From: an uncultured Planctomycetaceae bacterium
GTDB lineage: Bacteria > Planctomycetota > Planctomycetia > Pirellulales > PALSA-1355
Reading direction: 5' to 3'
Assembly (NCBI GenBank): GCA_963785305.1
Contig: CAWAUV010000007.1
Coordinates: 64,001 to 128,000 of the forward strand
DNA length: 64,000 nt
Of the stretch, positions 42,571-51,067 are shown one piece after another (position 1 is the first letter of the stretch; every line of letters starts with the position of its first letter). Below the pieces are notes generated by a model that made no database searches, was not told the DNA's origin, and was given only the letters and a program-made list of their open reading frames with translations. The position numbers and the translations under genes were made by a program.

Positions 42571-44265
42571 TTACATCATTCCGCCCATGCCTCCCATGCC
42601 TCCCATGCCACCCATGCCTCCCATGCCACCCATGCCACCGCCCATGCCGTGGTCGTGGCCGGCGTGGTCGTCGGCTTCTTCGTCCTTGGGGGCGTCGGTG
42701 ATGAGCGACTCGGTGGTGAGCAGCAGCGAAGCGACGCTGGCCGCGTTTTGCAGCGCGGTGCGCACAACCTTGGCCGGGTCGATGATGCCCGCGGCGAGCA
42801 AGTCGCCATAGACATTCTTGTCGGCGTCGTAGCCATCGTTTTTGCCCTTGAGCTGGCGCACGCGGTTGACGACCACCGCGCCGTCGTGGCCCGCGTTTTC
42901 GGCGATGGCCCGCAGCGGATGATCGAGCACGCCGCGGATGATATCCACGCCGTGCTTCTCGTCGCCCTTGGCGTCGATCTTATCGAGCGCGCCTTGGCAG
43001 CGAATCAGGGCAATGCCGCCGCCGGGCACAATGCCTTCCTCGAGAGCGGCCTGCGTGGCGCTCTTGGCGTCTTCGAGCAGGGCCTTGCGTTCCTTCATTT
43101 CGGTTTCGGTGGCGGCGCCACAATTGATTTGAGCCACGCCTCCGGCCAGCTTGGCCAGCCGCTCTTGGAGCTTTTCCTTGTCGTATTCGCTCGTGGTGGT
43201 CGCGATCTCGGCGCGAATCTGTTCGGCGCGGCCGTCGATATCGGCCTTCTTGCCGCCGCCGCCCACGATCGTGGTCTCCTCGGCGGTGAGAATCACCTTC
43301 TTCACCTTGCCCAGATCGGTGAGCTTCACCGAATCGAGCGTGATGCCGAGATCCTTGAAGATCACGTTGCCGCCGGTGAGCACGCCAAGGTCCTGCAGAA
43401 TCGCCTTGCGACGATCACCATAGCCGGGCGCCTTGACGGCGCACACATTGAGAATGCCGCGCATCTTGTTGACCACCAGAGTGGCCAGGGCCTCGCCCTC
43501 GACATCTTCGGCCACGATCAGCAGCGGCTTCGACGCCTTGCTCACGGCCTCGAGCAGCGGCACAAGCTGCTTGACATTCGAGATCTTTTCTTCGTAGAGG
43601 AGCACCAGCGCGTTTTCGAGTTCCACGGTCTGGCGATCTTGATTCGTGACGAAGTGCGGTGAGAGGAAGCCGCGGTCGAACTGCATGCCCTCGACGACTT
43701 CGACCGAAGTCTCGGCCTGACGGCCTTCCTCGACCGTGATCACGCCGTCTTTGCCCACCTTGAGAAACGCCTCGGCAAGCACCTGACCGATCGAGGGATC
43801 GTTGTTGCCGGCAATGGTGGCGACTTGCGTGATTTCCTTTTTGTTCTTGTCACTGATCGGCGTGGCCATCTTGAGAATCGCGTCGCACACGGCCTGGCTC
43901 GCCTTGGCGATGCCGCGGGAGAGCGCCATCGGGTCGGCCCCGCCGGCGATCATCTTGAGCCCTTCCTTGAAGATCGCCTCGGCGAGCACGGTGGCGGTCG
44001 TGGTGCCGTCGCCGGCCACGGTGTTCGTCTTGCTGGCGGCTTCCTTCACGAGCTGCGCGCCCAGGTTTTCATAAGGGCAGTCCAGCTCGATGCTCTCGGC
44101 CACCGTCACGCCGTCTTTGGTCACCTTGGGCGAGCCCCAGCCTTTGTCGAGCACGGCATTGCGACCGCGGGGACCCAGCGTGCTGCGCACGGCTCGGGCC
44201 AACTTCTCCACGCCGGCGGCCAGAGCCTGCCGCGCTTCGTCCTCGAAGATCATTTGCTTCGCCAC
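42571..44265 (-). CDS. groEL: Chaperonin GroEL (paralogue with His-containing and GGM tail)
   Basis: [20 protein letters not shown], tail [17 protein letters not shown]. Confidence 0.98.
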   Translation of the reverse strand: MAKQMIFEDEARQALAAGVEKLARAVRSTLGPRGRNAVLDKGWGSPKVTKDGVTVAESIELDCPYENLGAQLVKEAASKTNTVAGDGTTTATVLAEAIFKEGLKMIAGGADPMALSRGIAKASQAVCDAILKMATPISDKNKKEITQVATIAGNNDPSIGQVLAEAFLKVGKDGVITVEEGRQAETSVEVVEGMQFDRGFLSPHFVTNQDRQTVELENALVLLYEEKISNVKQLVPLLEAVSKASKPLLIVAEDVEGEALATLVVNKMRGILNVCAVKAPGYGDRRKAILQDLGVLTGGNVIFKDLGITLDSVKLTDLGKVKKVILTAEETTIVGGGGKKADIDGRAEQIRAEIATTTSEYDKEKLQERLAKLAGGVAQINCGAATETEMKERKALLEDAKSATQAALEEGIVPGGGIALIRCQGALDKIDAKGDEKHGVDIIRGVLDHPLRAIAENAGHDGAVVVNRVRQLKGKNDGYDADKNVYGDLLAAGIIDPAKVVRTALQNAASVASLLLTTESLITDAPKDEEADDHAGHDHGMGGGMGGMGGMGGMGGMGGMGGMM

Positions 44266-44467
44266 TCTAAAATCCTCCTAAGCCAATTGAATGCTGGAAT
44301 GAATCGCAAAATCGAAGGCTTGCCCGCCCAGCGGCCGGGGCGAGCTCCGGAAACGAAATAGCGTTTCCTGAAACTCTGGCGGCCGGGCAGAATCCTTCGA
44401 GCTGGAGCGTCACGAAACAGGCTGCCGCCAAATTGGCAGACGCCTCGGGCGTGCGGCGACAAGACAC

Positions 44468-44483
44468 GCAAGCCGCATGCCAA
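44468..44483 (-). promoter_or_regulatory. Sigma54 -24/-12 promoter upstream of the groEL operon
   Basis: TTGGCATGCGGCTTGC closely matches TGGCACG-N4-TTGC. Confidence 0.65.
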
Positions 44484-44685
44484 GCCGGGCCTGAACATCG
44501 CAAGTCGTTTACTAACAACGACTAACATAACCAAAGCCACGGCAAGACAAGGAAGGTTCCCCACCCCCCGGGCGCCATTTTGGCAGGCGGCCTAGAAGCG
44601 CGAGTCGGGACGATCTTCGATGGCGAGGTTGAAAAACAACAAGCAAGATGGACGTCAAACCGCTTCCCCGCGAATCAGCAGCACT

Positions 44686-45075
44686 GGTAGTGGGTCAGTC
44701 TAATCGGGACCCGCCTTTTTCGGCCGAGTGTTGTCGGCGGCGATCGGCGGCGCGTCCACCATTCCGCCGATGGTCGATCTCTACTTGGCTACGCTGGCCG
44801 CGATTGCCCGCATCGCCTTGAGCGCTAATGTGGACTCGGACGAATATTGTGGTCGTAGGCATCGCAAAACGCCCAGATTTCATCCAAATCGAGTCGCTTT
44901 CACGACGGATTGCGGAGAGCCTGATTCTGGAATTCCAGGCAACCTTCGTCCAATTCGACCGGAAGTTTTTGAATTGTGCTCTTGGCTATGCCCGTAATGC
45001 GAACGGTCGCCCGGATGGAAACGCCGTCGCACAGGCACTTTATGACCGCGATGCGTTCTTCGCGGGTGAGTTGTT
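44686..45075 (-). pseudogene. Internally deleted IS1-family-like transposase remnant
   Basis: HTH LTREERIAVIKCLCDGVSIRATVRITGIAKSTIQKL, in-frame stop, KRLDLDEIWAFC, then FVRVH; GGTAGTG IS1-like end at 44686. Confidence 0.7.
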
Positions 45076-45121
45076 TCAGGGCGTCATTACTCTTGGGCGC
45101 TGAAGCATGGTCAACAGACTG

Positions 45122-45184
45122 TTTACCTAGCTGGTAAAATCTTCCTCGGAGACGGGCTTGTGTTTCGTTTACCAAACAGGTAAA
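45122..45184. promoter_or_regulatory. Two palindromic operators upstream of higB
   Basis: TTTACC-N5-GGTAAA at 45122-45138 and 45168-45184. Confidence 0.7.
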
Positions 45185-45208
45185 AGAAACACATGGAGAG
45201 ACCCGATC

Positions 45209-45541
45209 ATGCGAATAGGGTTCACGAAAGCCAAGCTCGCCAAACTGTGCAACTCGGAGGCGAACCTGCGCGCGAAATACGGCAAGCCAATGGCCAAGGT
45301 CATTCAACAGCGGCTTGGACAACTCGCGGCTGCCGAGAACCTTGCCACCATGAGGAACCTGCCTGGAAACTGCGACGAACTGAGCCAGAACCTCAAAGGG
45401 TTTCTGGCGGTCAGTTTGATAGGCAAGGAAAGATTGGCGTTCCGGCCGGATCACGACCCGATTCCGACGCTCGACAGCGGGGGACTCGATTGGGAAAAAG
45501 TCACGGAAATCGTCGTCGAAGCAATCGGCGACTACCACTAG
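45209..45541 (+). CDS. higB: HigB-like (RelE family) toxin
   Basis: RLGQLAAAENL, LKGFLAVSL, C-terminal IGDYH; toxin-first order. Confidence 0.85.
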   Translation: MRIGFTKAKLAKLCNSEANLRAKYGKPMAKVIQQRLGQLAAAENLATMRNLPGNCDELSQNLKGFLAVSLIGKERLAFRPDHDPIPTLDSGGLDWEKVTEIVVEAIGDYH

Positions 45542-45557
45542 AAAACGGGGGTCTTTA

Positions 45558-46639
45558 ATGGCAACCGCGAAAAAATACGCATTCGCTCCAGATTACGCGA
45601 TCGCGCCCGGCGCGACCCTCAAGGAAGTGCTCGAAACTAAAGGAATCTCGCAATCCGATCTAGCTGCCAGAATGGGAATGGCCGACAAGACGATCAGCCA
45701 AATCATCAATGGAATCGCGCCGATAAGTTTCGACACTGCCTATAAGCTCGAACTGGTGCTTGGAATCTCGGCGAGTTTTTGGAATCACCTGGAATTGGCG
45801 TACAGGGAGAAACTGACCTTTGCCGAGGAAACCGAAAAACTCAAGGCCGACATTGACTGGCTAAAGGAAATACCGGTCGCGGAACTGATTGAGCGACAAT
45901 ACGTTAAACCGAGTAGCGATAAGTCGATCTTAGTCCGCGAGTCGCTTGAATTTTTCGGCGTCAGCAGCGTGGACGCCTGGCGAAATGTACTTGCCAACTC
46001 GGTCGTGCAATTCCGCGGTGGCGAGTCGCACGACAAGCACCCAGGATACGTCGCCGCGTGGCGAAGGTTGGGTGTGCTTGATGCCCGCGAAATCAAGACC
46101 GAGCCGTTCAATGCTCAGGATTTCGTGCGCGCACTCAGAGATGTTCGCCGAATGACGACGAAACCCACGTCCGAATGGGTCGTGGCGATGCCCTTGGCTT
46201 GTGCTGCCGCCGGTGTTGCCGTGGTCTTGACGCCGGAGATTCCCAAAGCAAGCATCAGCGGCGCCGCTCGCTGGCTAACGAAAGACAAGGCCCTTATTCA
46301 GCTAAGCCTGAAATACAAGACGGACGATCAATTTTGGTTCACGTTCTTTCACGAGGCGTGCCACATTCTGAAGCACGGGAAAAAACAGGCATTCGTCGAT
46401 TACGGATATAGCAACGTAGACGACGATGAACGCGAAGCGAACGAGTTCGCTAGGGATTTCTTGATTCCTCACGAATACGCTCACCGCCTTCCGCTAATCG
46501 CGAAGACGCGCGTGCAGTGAAGGAGTTCGCGGAGTCTCTCGGCATATCGGCCGGAATTGTGGTCGGCAGATTGCAGCACGATAAGCTTCTGTATCCCGCG
46601 GCGTTCAATGACCTTAAACGAAAACTTCAGTGGGGATGA
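45558..46639 (+). CDS. higA: HigA-type XRE antitoxin fused to ImmA/IrrE metallopeptidase (frameshift near 46515)
   Basis: APGATLKEVL..SQSDLAARMG HTH, FWFTFFHEACH (HExxH), EREANEFA; tail GIVVGRLQHD in shifted frame. Confidence 0.88.
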
Positions 46640-46926
46640 TTGATGACGCGGCACTATCCTGGATCGGATGAATATATCGAGTGGGCGCAGAGCCTCAGTG
46701 GAATGTTGAGCAAAATCAGGACCACTTACGGCGGTATCGGCGAAATGTTGAATTCTAAAGGGTCAGGACTCATTGTTTGGTATAGGGTCGGGAGCCGTAT
46801 CGGAAAAATGCACTTGCGGACAACCACGAGGTCGCAGGGTCGAGTCCAACAGCAGGCGCCTTGCCGTCGCTTCGGTCCAAATCGGCTCGCCGAACGCAGG
46901 CCCCCGCCGCGCCGCGCCTTGCCGGG

Positions 46927-47082
46927 CGGCATGCCCACGCTCGCGTGGGCATGCCGTCAATGGTTGAACTGTTGCGGAGCGCGACCAATCACAAATCCGC
47001 GTCGCGCGGCCCTTGCATGCGCACACGTGTCTCGGCATAAGCATTGATCCTCAGGCCGCATGCCCACGCGAGCGTGGGCATG
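46927..47082. repeat. REP-like palindrome doublet (inverted pair)
   Basis: CATGCCCACGC-NN-GCGTGGGCATG at 46930-46953 and 47059-47082. Confidence 0.8.
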
Positions 47083-47246
47083 GCGCCCAGCGCTGGCGGC
47101 GCTGATCGTCCGAAAAACTGATCGGTGAGATCCCGCGCCGCCAATTTGACGAACACCCGTCGTTCGGTGTATGGTGACGGTTCCTTTCGGGTCCGCTTCC
47201 GCTTTCCGTCGCGCGATCGTCGTGATCGTCGATTCACCGTTCATGG

Positions 47247-48677
47247 ATGGAGGCGTTTATGCACGTTTCCCGTGTGCTTCCCTGGCGGCGCTGTCTCCTC
47301 TTGTTCGCGCCGATTTTATGCGTCGGCTGCGGGGCGCCCGGCTCGGGCGGGACTTCCGTCGCCAACCAATCCGCGTTGTCCAAGGCGACGACCGACGCCA
47401 CCGACCCGAATGGCACTGACCCGAATGTCGCGAGCACCGAATCAACGATTGCCGACGAGCAAGCGGCGCTCGATCAAATCAGAAACCAGCCGGCGGGCTT
47501 TCGTCAATCGGCGATCGTTTCGCCAGCCACCAAGCCGGGCGACACCCTGAAGTCGTTCGTGGTCGCTCCCGACGGAAACATTATCGCACTGGTTCAGCAG
47601 GGTGACGCGAACACCGACAGCGGATCGATCGCGGCCACGATCGCGTCGTACTTTGGCAAACCGAAGCGCGACGAGATGACTTCCAAGGCTCCCGATAGGC
47701 CCACGTGTGAAGTTCGCACATTCAGCCCCGACGGCAAGCAGATTGCCGCATGGCCTCTCGGTTTCGAGGGGCAGTCGATGGCGCTGGGCTCGGACCAGTG
47801 CCTCTACATCGCCGGCGCCGGCCGGGTCGCCCGCTATAGCCACGAAGGCAAGGAATTGGCGGCGGGCGATTCTCCCCAGGCGGCGTTGATCGAAAAAGAT
47901 CGCGACGCGCTCCGCGAAGCGGCGCTCGCGCAGATCGAGGAAAACAAAGAGAACATGAAGCAGATGGTCGCGAGTTTGAAAGAGTCGCGTGACGCAATCG
48001 CCGCGGAAATCGAGAAAACGCCCGATCCAGAGAAGTCCGAACAGTTGGAAACACTTGATACCCAAATGCAGTTGTTCAAGCAGCAGGAGCTGTCCGTCGA
48101 CGCGGTGGAGCAACAGATCACCGAGCGAGTCAAGCGAATCAACGCGATCGCGGTCAGCGACCAAAATGTGTTCATCACCTGCGGCCAAACCAAGGGCTAC
48201 GGCTATGCGGTGTGGCGGACCGACCTGAATTTCGCGAACCCGGAATGCATTATCACGGGGCTGAGCGGTTGCTGTGGCCAAATGGATGTCTGTTGCGAGA
48301 ACGGTAACCTTTGGGTCGCCGAAAATGCCCGCCATCGCGTGGTGCGGTACAGCCCAGCGGGCGAGCGGCTATCGGAATTCGGGAAGCGCGATCGGGAGGG
48401 AATCGGGGAAAAGTTCGGCGGTTGCTGCAATCCCATGAATCTTTGCTTCGACCGGTCCGGCGATCTGCTTGTATCGGAATCCAATGGTCAAGTGAAGCAC
48501 TTTACCGCCGATGGCAAATTCGTCGAACTGACCGGCGTTGCCCGGGTGGAGCCTGGCTGCAAGAACTCGGCCGTCAAGATGTCTCCCGATGGCCAGCGCA
48601 TCTACTACATCGATGTGAACAAATCGCAAATCCTTGTTCTGGCTCGCGGCGAGCAAGCGTCGACGGCGGGCAACTGA
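47247..48677 (+). CDS. Lipoprotein with NHL-like beta-propeller, helical insertion and paired-Cys motifs
   Basis: Lipobox LCVGC; LWVAENARHRVVRY; GCCGQMD and GGCCNP. Confidence 0.75.
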   Translation: MEAFMHVSRVLPWRRCLLLFAPILCVGCGAPGSGGTSVANQSALSKATTDATDPNGTDPNVASTESTIADEQAALDQIRNQPAGFRQSAIVSPATKPGDTLKSFVVAPDGNIIALVQQGDANTDSGSIAATIASYFGKPKRDEMTSKAPDRPTCEVRTFSPDGKQIAAWPLGFEGQSMALGSDQCLYIAGAGRVARYSHEGKELAAGDSPQAALIEKDRDALREAALAQIEENKENMKQMVASLKESRDAIAAEIEKTPDPEKSEQLETLDTQMQLFKQQELSVDAVEQQITERVKRINAIAVSDQNVFITCGQTKGYGYAVWRTDLNFANPECIITGLSGCCGQMDVCCENGNLWVAENARHRVVRYSPAGERLSEFGKRDREGIGEKFGGCCNPMNLCFDRSGDLLVSESNGQVKHFTADGKFVELTGVARVEPGCKNSAVKMSPDGQRIYYIDVNKSQILVLARGEQASTAGN

Positions 48678-48762
48678 ATCGCGAGTCGAGGCGTCGCGCG
48701 GCGGCCGACGCAAACATGCGATCGCTCGCCGATTCGAGAGCCCGTCCGAGAACCTTGGCGAG

Positions 48763-48797
48763 CCCTTACCCTAGCCTCTCCCATAGGGGGAGAGGGG
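48763..48797. repeat. CCCTCTCCC..GGGAGAGGG-type intergenic palindrome
   Basis: CCCTTACCCTAGCCTCTCCCATAGGGGGAGAGGGG; related copies near 27843 and 63423. Confidence 0.6.
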
Positions 48798-48839
48798 GGA
48801 GTTGTCGGATGGGCTCTAAAAATCGATAAGGGCGCCCAA

Positions 48840-49730
48840 ATGAGAAGTTCTTATTTCGCGACGGTATTCGCCGGCTTGGCCGTCTTGGTGGCTTCGCTGG
48901 GAAGCGCGCCGCGGCGGTGCGGAGCCGCGGAAGCGTCCAACGAAGAGGCGCCCTTCACGCTGGTGGTCATGGACCCCTTGGCGCTGCAGCTTTCTTGCCC
49001 ATGTGTCAAAGGCTACGCCCAGCGAGATTACTCCAAACTGGCCGAACGCCTCGAAACATCGCTGAAACGCCGCGTGAAACTCGTGTTCAACGAGTCGCTC
49101 ACGGTCGCGCTCAAGGACCAGACCGCGGGCAAGGTGGACCTCGTCATCGGCAAGTGCTCGGTCGTCGAGTTCGACGCCAAGAAGAACCACGTGAGCATCG
49201 CCCGAATCGCGATGCTGACCGACAAGGAGGGCGGCGCCACGCAAACGGGCCTCATCGTGGTTCCGACAAACGACCCGGCCAAAGCCGTGTCCGACTTGAA
49301 GGGATATCGCATCATCTTTGGGCCGAGGGAATGCGATGAGAAACACGGCGCCGCGCTCTCATTGCTCAAGGCCCATGGCGTCGACGCGCCCGTTGAAATC
49401 GAAACCTCGCCCGCGTGTAGCGACGGCGCGTGCCTGATCCTCGAGGCTGGGCCGAATGTGCGCGGCGCGGCGGTTATTTCCAGCTACGCCAAACCTTTGC
49501 TCGAGGGTTGCGGGACGATTAAAAAGGGCGCTCTGCGCGTCGTGGGCCAGACGGACCCGACGCCATTCGTGGGAGCTTATGCGGCCGGCGCCTCGCCCGA
49601 CCTGCGGCAACGCGTTGCCGACGCGCTGATCAGCGCAACCCAGGACTCGCTTGTGCGAATTGCGATGGAAACCCGCGGAGGCTTCGTGCCGGTGGTGGCC
49701 GAGGCGCGGGATTCCGTAAAAAAAAAGTAA
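48840..49730 (+). CDS. PhnD/SsuA-like periplasmic substrate-binding protein, Cys-rich
   Basis: Signal peptide; MDPLALQLSCPCVKGYAQRDY; GLIVVPTNDPAKAVSDLKG; LRVVGQTDP. Confidence 0.75.
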   Translation: MRSSYFATVFAGLAVLVASLGSAPRRCGAAEASNEEAPFTLVVMDPLALQLSCPCVKGYAQRDYSKLAERLETSLKRRVKLVFNESLTVALKDQTAGKVDLVIGKCSVVEFDAKKNHVSIARIAMLTDKEGGATQTGLIVVPTNDPAKAVSDLKGYRIIFGPRECDEKHGAALSLLKAHGVDAPVEIETSPACSDGACLILEAGPNVRGAAVISSYAKPLLEGCGTIKKGALRVVGQTDPTPFVGAYAAGASPDLRQRVADALISATQDSLVRIAMETRGGFVPVVAEARDSVKKK

Positions 49731-50917
49731 GCTCGGTCCCGGCGGTCGCGTGGAATCAATGGCGCGGTCCCACGCGAAACGGATTGGTTGCCTGGCTCCC
49801 GGAGCAACTTCCGGCCCAGCCCAAGGTCCTTTGGGAACACAAGCTGTCGAATCAGGGACTGGGCGGCGTCGCCGCGACGGATCGATTCGTTGTTGTTAGC
49901 GATCGCGACGCGGCCGATGCCTTCGACATCTTTCGCTGTTTGGCCGCGACCGATGGACACGAATTGTGGACGCTTCGCTATCCGGCGCGGGGCAAGCTCG
50001 ACTACGGCAATTCGCCTCGCGCCACGCCATTGATCGACCGAGATGTGGTGTATTTGCAGGGGGCTCTCGGCGATCTCCATGCGGTTTCGCTGGCGTCGGG
50101 CAAGGTGATTTGGCGCAAGAATCTGCGGCAAGACTTTGGCGTCAAACTGTCCGACTGGGGATTTTGTTCCTCGCCGCTGATCGCGAATGGGCGACTCATC
50201 GTCAATCCCGGCGTCAAGGACGGATCGCTGGCGGCGCTCGAACTTGGCACGGGGCAGGTTGCCTGGAAGACGCCGGGCACTCCCGCGGCGTTTGGTTCGT
50301 TTATCCTCGCCAATATCTCGGGTCGCCAACAACTCATCGGCCACGACCGTGAATCTCTCGGCGGCTGGGACCCCATCGGCGGTCGCCGGCTCTGGCGATC
50401 CGCGCCTCCGCGTGGCGGCGACTTCAGTGTGCCGACGCCGACGCAATTCGGCGATAAGCTGCTGGTGGCGTCGGAAAACAACGGGACACGAGTTTTCGCG
50501 TTCGACGGCGAGGGCCTGATCGCGGCCAAGCCCTTGGCGCATTATTTGGACTTATGCCCCGACATCAGCTCGCCGGTCGTGATTGGCGATCGACTGTTTG
50601 GCGTTTGCGAGAAGCTGTTCTGCTTGGATATCTCGAAGGGGCTCAACGCCGTTTGGACGGCGAGCGATGATGCCTTCCACGATTATACCGCTCTGCTTGG
50701 CGGCCCCGATCGCGTGCTGCTGACCACGATTCACGGCGAACTGCTCCTCGTCGACGCGACGGGGCCGGAGTATCGATTGATCGGCCGCCACCAGGTGTTC
50801 CACGACGATTCCGGCGTTTACTCGCATCCGGCCATCGTGGGAGAGCGCTTCTACCTGCGCGGGAGCACATCCATCCGCTGCCTCGATTTGGCCGACGAGA
50901 ACCAACCGCGTGGTTGA
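49718..50917 (+). CDS. PQQ-like/BamB beta-propeller (no own signal peptide; probably fused to upstream gene)
   Basis: Frame open from 49718: KKKVSSVPAVAWNQWRGPTRNG; PRATPLI, WGFCSSPLI, YSHPAIVG. Confidence 0.85.
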   Translation, partial: KKKVSSVPAVAWNQWRGPTRNGLVAWLPEQLPAQPKVLWEHKLSNQGLGGVAATDRFVVVSDRDAADAFDIFRCLAATDGHELWTLRYPARGKLDYGNSPRATPLIDRDVVYLQGALGDLHAVSLASGKVIWRKNLRQDFGVKLSDWGFCSSPLIANGRLIVNPGVKDGSLAALELGTGQVAWKTPGTPAAFGSFILANISGRQQLIGHDRESLGGWDPIGGRRLWRSAPPRGGDFSVPTPTQFGDKLLVASENNGTRVFAFDGEGLIAAKPLAHYLDLCPDISSPVVIGDRLFGVCEKLFCLDISKGLNAVWTASDDAFHDYTALLGGPDRVLLTTIHGELLLVDATGPEYRLIGRHQVFHDDSGVYSHPAIVGERFYLRGSTSIRCLDLADENQPRG

Positions 50918-50943
50918 AATGATAGGTAAACCCGTGTGCTCGC

Positions 50944-51026
50944 GTGCCATGCCCACGCCCAGCGTGGGCATGTTTTCAAGCGCCACGCGGAGTCCTCATG
51001 CCCACGCAGGGCCGTGGGCATGGCAC
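50944..51026. repeat. REP-like palindrome doublet (inverted pair)
   Basis: GTGC-CATGCCCACGC..GCGTGGGCATG and CATGCCCACG..CGTGGGCATG-GCAC between convergent genes. Confidence 0.8.
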
Positions 51027-51067
51027 ACGGAACGAATCGAACCCGTCATTTCAACTGTGACAAAGCG

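Noticed and set aside
42580..42650. 9-bp tandem repeats
   Set aside because: Ordinary GroEL GGM tail
44895..44905. In-frame TGA in the transposase fragment as possible selenocysteine or readthrough
   Set aside because: The element is otherwise degraded and internally deleted; simple nonsense mutation is more likely
46640..47047. 135-aa ORF after higA
   Set aside because: No recognisable motif and it runs through REP palindromes; likely spurious or a remnant
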